A program made the translations under genes and the position numbers. Below, piece by piece: positions 58,988 through 64,000 of a stretch of 64,000 nucleotides of DNA. The stretch lies in NCBI GenBank assembly GCA_963804955.1, contig CAWDSQ010000030.1:128001-192000 (forward strand), given 5' to 3'. The first letter of the stretch is position 1. Each line of letters starts with the position of its first letter. Below the pieces are notes generated by a model. That model was not told the DNA's origin, made no database searches, and was given only the letters and a program-made list of their open reading frames with translations. This DNA comes from an uncultured delta proteobacterium (GTDB taxonomy: Bacteria > Desulfobacterota > WTBG01 > CAIYCZ01 > CAIRTM01).

Positions 58988-60508
58988 ATGGAACAGTATC
59001 TGCTTTTTAATCACAGCGATTTTCCTGTGCTCAGCACACTGATCCTGCTGCCGCTTGCGGGGGCCATTGTGTGCCTGTTTATCCGCAATGAAACCTTCCT
59101 GAAGCTCTGGGGACTGGCCGTAACGACAACCACCATGGCGCTGTCGCTGCCGCTGTATTTTCTTTTCGATCAGACCAGCGACAAATACCAGTTTGCCGAG
59201 CTGGGGCAGTGGATACCGGCGCTGAAGCTCGACTATGTGGTGGGCGTGGACGGTATCAGCCTGCCGCTTGTTCTGCTCACCACCTGCCTCATGCCCCTGT
59301 GCATTCTGTGCTCGTGGAGCCAGATCAAGGACCGGCTTGCGGAATTCATTTTCGTGCTGCTCATCATGGAATCCTCCATGCTGGGCGTGTTCATAAGCCT
59401 GAACACCGTGCTTTTTTATATTTTCTGGGAAGGCATGCTGATTCCCATGTACCTTCTGATAGCCGTGTGGGGCGGGCCGCGCAGGGATTATGCATCCATC
59501 AAGTTTTTCCTGTACACATTCGTGGGCAGCGTTTTTCTGCTCATCGCCCTGATCGTTCTGTATGTGCGCAGCGGGTCGTTCTTTATTCCCGATTTTATGC
59601 GCCTTAATTATCCCTTTGATATACAGATGATAATTTTTGTCTGCTGCGCCATCACGTTCGCCATCAAGATGCCCATGTATCCTTTTCATACATGGCTGCC
59701 GGCTGCGCATGTTGAGGCCCCCACGGCGGGCAGCGTAATACTTGCAAGCGTGCTTTTAAAAATGGGCGGCTACGGCTTTCTGCGTTTTTGCCTGCCGATA
59801 GCGCCCGCAGCAAGCGTGTACTGCGCTCCGGTCATTATCGTTATGTCGCTTGCTGCAATCGTTATCGGCGGCTATCTGGCGCTCGGGCAGAGCGACGTGA
59901 AGAAGCTCATCGCCTATTCAAGTGTTGCACACATGGGGTTTGTGACGCTGGGCATATTCCTTTTCAATATGCAGGGCGTCAAGGGCGCCATTCTGCAGAT
60001 GGTCAACCATGGCATCACGACCGGCGCGCTTTTTATCTGCATCGGCATCATCTATGAGCGCACGCACAGCCGCGAGCTTGCAGTGAACAAGGCCCTTGGC
60101 ATGCTGATGCCCGCGTACGTGACATTTCTTGGTATTTTTTCGCTCTCCTCGTTCGGCTTTCCCGGCACGAACGGTTTTGTTGGCGAGTTCATGGTGCTGG
60201 CGGCGGCTTTTTCAAAATATGTCCTTGTCGGCGCGATTGCCGTTCCTGGCGCGGTGCTGGCCGCAGCCTATATGCTGCGGATGCTGCAGAAAATGGTCTG
60301 GGCGGATTCTGACGGACATCATCATGCTGAGCCTCAGGGGAGTGAAGGCCATCATGCGCTTTCAGATATCAACCTCCGCGAGTGGTTCATTGTTGCTGTG
60401 CTTGCGGTATTTGTTTTCTGGCTGGGGTTCAAACCAGGGCTGGTTCTTGATATTATGGATCAAAGCGTGCGGCATCTTCTGGTGCAGGTTGTCGGTGTTG
60501 CGCTATGA
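58988..60508 (+). CDS. nuoM: NADH-quinone oxidoreductase subunit M
   Basis: FYIFWE.MLIPMY, KFFLYT, PFHTWLP.AHVEAPTAGSV.LA, KKLIAYSSVAHMG. Confidence 0.95.
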   Translation: MEQYLLFNHSDFPVLSTLILLPLAGAIVCLFIRNETFLKLWGLAVTTTTMALSLPLYFLFDQTSDKYQFAELGQWIPALKLDYVVGVDGISLPLVLLTTCLMPLCILCSWSQIKDRLAEFIFVLLIMESSMLGVFISLNTVLFYIFWEGMLIPMYLLIAVWGGPRRDYASIKFFLYTFVGSVFLLIALIVLYVRSGSFFIPDFMRLNYPFDIQMIIFVCCAITFAIKMPMYPFHTWLPAAHVEAPTAGSVILASVLLKMGGYGFLRFCLPIAPAASVYCAPVIIVMSLAAIVIGGYLALGQSDVKKLIAYSSVAHMGFVTLGIFLFNMQGVKGAILQMVNHGITTGALFICIGIIYERTHSRELAVNKALGMLMPAYVTFLGIFSLSSFGFPGTNGFVGEFMVLAAAFSKYVLVGAIAVPGAVLAAAYMLRMLQKMVWADSDGHHHAEPQGSEGHHALSDINLREWFIVAVLAVFVFWLGFKPGLVLDIMDQSVRHLLVQVVGVAL

Positions 60509-60652
60509 CCTGCCGCATGAGCACCTTTTTTTGCAGCGCGCAGCACGAGGGCAGGCATCAGGCAGCCAGTGAAGGCCTGCGCAAGGGGTCCTGCTGTGCC
60601 AAGTATGATTGCTTGATACAGTGAAGAGCCTTAACAGCTACATTGGAGAGAT

Positions 60653-62074
60653 ATGGACTTTTTTTTGCTGCTTCCTGAAATAGCCCTTGCGGCACTGATC
60701 CTCGTGTTCTTTGCCGCAACGCTTGCCAAAACCCGGCAGGGTGTGCTCGAGGGCTGTGCTGTTGCGGGCGCTCTGTGCGTCTTTGCTGCGGCATGGTACA
60801 CCTACGGACGCAGCGGGCTTTTTTTTCATGATGTGTATAAGGTCGACACGTTCTCTCAGACGTTTAAGCTGATCATAGCGCTCGGGCTTGTACTGATCCT
60901 GTGGATGGGCGCCGGACTGCGGGGCATTACCCGGCATCTGCGGCCCGAGTATTACCTGTTTTTGAGCCTGAGCTGTTTCGGCCTGTTCGTCATGACCAGC
61001 GCCGTTGAGCTTATTACCATCATCATCGGCCTGGAGATATCATCTTATTCCCTGTACGTTCTCATCCCTTTGCGCCGTCAGCCGCACCAGCGCGAGCCCC
61101 TGGAGGCCAGCATCAAATATATCTTTTTCGGGGGCGCCGCAACCGGCATCGCCCTGTACGGCATGAGCTATCTTGTCGGCCTGGGACATTCAACCTATCT
61201 TGCGGAGCTTGCCAGGGTTATGCCGGGGCTTCTTGCCACGCAGCCGCTTGCCGTCATAGGGTTCGTGATGCTGCTCTGTACACTGTTTTACAAGCTGGCT
61301 CTTTTCCCCATGCATTTCTGGATGCCCGACGTCTTTGTGGGCGCCGCCCATGAAACCACGTGTTTCGTGTCAACACTGCCCAAAATCGCAGCCATTGCCC
61401 TTATTACGCGACTGATGTCTATGGCCGGCCCCGGCTCGCCGCAGCTGGAGCTGATTTTATCTATCATAGCGGTGCTGTCCATGTTTATGGGCAACTTTTC
61501 CGCTCTCAGCCAGCATGATTTCAAGCGCCTGCTCGCCTATTCCAGCATTGCCCATGCCGGTTACATGCTGGTTGGTATTATTACCCTTAATCAGCTCGGC
61601 ATAGCCTCGGCAATATATTATGTCTTCGGCTATCTTCTCATGAATGTCGCCTGTTTTGTCGTGCTCTACAATTTGACACCGGGGGGCGAAAATATTTCGG
61701 TAGATGAGCTGCGCGGCCTCTACAGGCGCTCCCCCCTGCTTGCCGCTCTGCTTGCCGCAGGCGCAATCGGCCTGTCAGGCATACCTCCCACGATTGGCTT
61801 TACGGGCAAGTTCATGATTTTTGCCGCCGCGGTTAAGGGAAAATACTTCTGGCTCGTAGGACTTGCACTAGTCAATGTCTGCATATCGGCATTTTACTAT
61901 TTGCGCCTCGTGCGGGCCGCCTACCGCAGCGTTGAAGAGCCGGAGGGGAAAATCAACCTCACTTTTTCCGCTGCAGCGCTGGGCATTCTGATCGTGGCAG
62001 GCATTGTTCTGGCAGGTGTTTTCCCGCAGGATTTTTTCAGGCTTACCCTGAAAGCCGTGCTGTCGGTGCTTTAA
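60653..62074 (+). CDS. nuoN: NADH-quinone oxidoreductase subunit N
   Basis: EASIKY, P.HFW.PDV..GA, KRLLAYSSIAHAGY, GIPPT.GF.GK, FYYLR. Confidence 0.95.
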   Translation: MDFFLLLPEIALAALILVFFAATLAKTRQGVLEGCAVAGALCVFAAAWYTYGRSGLFFHDVYKVDTFSQTFKLIIALGLVLILWMGAGLRGITRHLRPEYYLFLSLSCFGLFVMTSAVELITIIIGLEISSYSLYVLIPLRRQPHQREPLEASIKYIFFGGAATGIALYGMSYLVGLGHSTYLAELARVMPGLLATQPLAVIGFVMLLCTLFYKLALFPMHFWMPDVFVGAAHETTCFVSTLPKIAAIALITRLMSMAGPGSPQLELILSIIAVLSMFMGNFSALSQHDFKRLLAYSSIAHAGYMLVGIITLNQLGIASAIYYVFGYLLMNVACFVVLYNLTPGGENISVDELRGLYRRSPLLAALLAAGAIGLSGIPPTIGFTGKFMIFAAAVKGKYFWLVGLALVNVCISAFYYLRLVRAAYRSVEEPEGKINLTFSAAALGILIVAGIVLAGVFPQDFFRLTLKAVLSVL

Positions 62075-62136
62075 GCATAGCTTTCTGACAGGCAAGCCGC
62101 TGCCGCGGACACAGTCTCATGACGCCGGCCGTTTTT

Positions 62137-63435
62137 TTACTCAATGAGCTTCATCTTGGCCCGTATTTCCCTGCGCGCAGTTATATTCATGGCCAGAAAT
62201 AGGGCCAGATGATGCAGGCTGCTGCAATTGGTCTTGAAATCCAGGGCCCTGCGCAGTATTGCCGATGCGTTATTGAATGCCATCCTTGCCCGTATGCAAC
62301 CCTGCTTAAGCTGCTGCGGTGCCATCTGCCGGGGTATGAAACTGACCTCGCCGTAGTTGTATTTTTCATGCAGCCACCACGCATCGTCTAAAAGCCGGCC
62401 TTCGGCTTTCAGCCGATCGTAGAGCCCTGTGCCGGGCATGGGGTTCAGGGTGTTGAAGTTTGCCAGGATGAACTTGTGCTTTAAGGCGAACTCGAGAGTT
62501 TGATCGAAGACATCCTCGGTGTCGAAATCATACCCCAGGACAAAGGAGCCATAAATCATGATGCCATGGTCTCTGATTCTTTTGATGAAGGCAGGATAAT
62601 CCGTATCCGACCGGTGCGATCCCTTGTGCATCTGCTCAAGATTGCCCACTCGCAGAGATTCAAATCCAATTATGAAAAGAATGCAGCCGCTTTTTGCCAT
62701 GAGCGAAAGCATTTCGGGGTCGCGGGCAACATCGATGCTGATCTGGCAGCCCCACCATAGTTTCAGCGGAATGAGCGCGTGAAAGAGTTTTTTTGCCTGC
62801 GCCTTGTTTGACAGGATGTTATCGTCGACAATGAACATGGTGCGGCGCCCCCCGCGCTTTATATCGTCAATAACGGATTCCACGGGTCTGACGCTGTGGT
62901 GGCGCCGGTTGAATACGTTTACCGTGCAGAATTCGCAGTCATAGATGCACCCCCTGGTGAATTCCACCGGAAAGATCGGGTTGTAGCGCTTGTTTTCAAA
63001 CAGCCCCATGTCATAGCGGGCATGCAGGATGGCCTCATGACCCTGTTTTTCGTATACGCGCGCAAGGCTTCGTCGCATTGCATCCCGAACGACATTTTCC
63101 CACAGTCCCTCTGCAGGCCCTTTCACCACCGCATCGGCATGTTCAAGCGCTTCCCCCGGGATCAGGGTGGGGTGATATCCTCCCATGACTACCGGGATGC
63201 CGCGGCTCCTCAAGCTGTCGGCTATTTCATAGCTTCTTCTGGCGGAAAAGGTATGGACGGATATGGCCGCCAGGTCGGTATCCAAATCAGAAGGGATTTT
63301 TTCGATGCACTCATCATAGAGCTCTTTTTCCACACCCGGCGGCGTATATCCCGAGAGCGCTGCAATCCCCAAAGGCGGCAGCGCATCGGCGGAGCGGCCT
63401 GCGGTCATGTTGGGTTTAATAAACGTTATCTTCAT
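62137..63435 (-). CDS. B12-binding-domain radical SAM protein
   Basis: PPLG, VVMGGYHPT, TRGCIYDCEFC (CxxxCxxC), DDNI, GFES, P.PGT.LY; ATG at 63435. Confidence 0.92.
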   Translation of the reverse strand: MKITFIKPNMTAGRSADALPPLGIAALSGYTPPGVEKELYDECIEKIPSDLDTDLAAISVHTFSARRSYEIADSLRSRGIPVVMGGYHPTLIPGEALEHADAVVKGPAEGLWENVVRDAMRRSLARVYEKQGHEAILHARYDMGLFENKRYNPIFPVEFTRGCIYDCEFCTVNVFNRRHHSVRPVESVIDDIKRGGRRTMFIVDDNILSNKAQAKKLFHALIPLKLWWGCQISIDVARDPEMLSLMAKSGCILFIIGFESLRVGNLEQMHKGSHRSDTDYPAFIKRIRDHGIMIYGSFVLGYDFDTEDVFDQTLEFALKHKFILANFNTLNPMPGTGLYDRLKAEGRLLDDAWWLHEKYNYGEVSFIPRQMAPQQLKQGCIRARMAFNNASAILRRALDFKTNCSSLHHLALFLAMNITARREIRAKMKLIE

Positions 63436-63511
63436 GTTCGACGCCTGCCGGATAGCTCGCGGCGCCTGCGCCGGCAGCAGACCAGCAGGGGGGCCGGAAA
63501 CGGGATTGCGC

Positions 63512-64000
63512 TCATGCGGGAAGCTCCTGTAAAAGCTGGTCGTAAAAATGCTGAACAAAAGGCAGCGCTGAGGCCGTTGTGCCGGTGCTCAGAGTGAGTT
63601 CGTTTCTGTAGGACGTGCATAACACCATCATCAGGGGTGGGTACTGCACTGCCGACAGGCCCCAGGCGCGCACGGGAGGCCTGTCAAACGTCAGGGCTCC
63701 ATCCGGGAAAACGCCCCGGTTGCTGAAGATGTTGGGGTATTTGCCTGAGTCGATCTTCTTGCGCATGAGGGAGAAAAGCACCCTGGTCTGCAGGTTGAAT
63801 GGCGCATATTTCCAGAGGGGTATAAAGCATAGCTGATTGAAGCCATGCCAGTCGCGCTTGCGCCGGCTGGTTGCCGCATGCACGCGCTCAAGGGTATCGT
63901 CAAAGGCGGCTCCAAGCGTTGTTGCCAGACAGGCTGAGTCCAGGCCGATCAGGTTTGTCACGGCAGTGCCGGTATCTTCGGGCAGATAGCTCGACTTCAG
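63512..64000 (-). CDS. C-terminal part of a condensation/acyltransferase-like protein (runs off the window)
   Basis: FSNRG and STYRNELTLS-like C-terminal pattern; incomplete. Confidence 0.4.
   Translation of the reverse strand: MKSSYLPEDTGTAVTNLIGLDSACLATTLGAAFDDTLERVHAATSRRKRDWHGFNQLCFIPLWKYAPFNLQTRVLFSLMRKKIDSGKYPNIFSNRGVFPDGALTFDRPPVRAWGLSAVQYPPLMMVLCTSYRNELTLSTGTTASALPFVQHFYDQLLQELPA

Overview
A 64-kb chromosomal segment from an anaerobic bacterium; gene content resembles Desulfobacterota/deltaproteobacteria (inference only). Many genes carry single-base frameshifts, most likely uncorrected long-read errors, so split ORFs are merged into single gene calls with approximate boundaries. Left to right: (i) 0-12 kb, a carboxylate transport and signalling locus: OFA-type MFS transporter, Cys-rich GcvH-like protein, archaemetzincin, sigma54 response regulator, Cache histidine kinase, metallophosphoesterase, a Cache-PAS-CBS-nucleotidyltransferase fusion, and actP/yjcH. 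(ii) 12-19 kb, an accessory patch: ABC-F, PilZ, two ORF6N remnants, a RelE/HTH pair, composite tandem repeats, and a Y1 (RAYT-like) transposase bounded by perfect 17-bp inverted repeats next to a truncated higB and intact higA. (iii) 19-37 kb, assorted enzymes and exported proteins, plus a tiny membrane ORF ending in UGA followed by a SECIS-like hairpin. (iv) 37.7-50.6 kb, a sulfur assimilation/Cys/Met cluster: cysK, AprAB-like, sulfite reductase-like, cysD, truncated cysN, metY-metX-metW, Rrf2, second cysK, and an archaeal-type homocysteine synthase pair. (v) nadA, a complex-I-like operon without nuoABC/EFG in this window, and a B12-binding radical SAM gene. Best candidates for undescribed biology: a Met/Cys leader-peptide attenuator before metY; the Cache-nucleotidyltransferase/phosphoesterase pair sharing a duplicated sensor with the neighbouring kinase; a shared LGxT(M/L)xDGGE motif in the transporter and GcvH-like protein beside an archaemetzincin; the IR-bounded Y1 element; and the candidate micro-selenoprotein.
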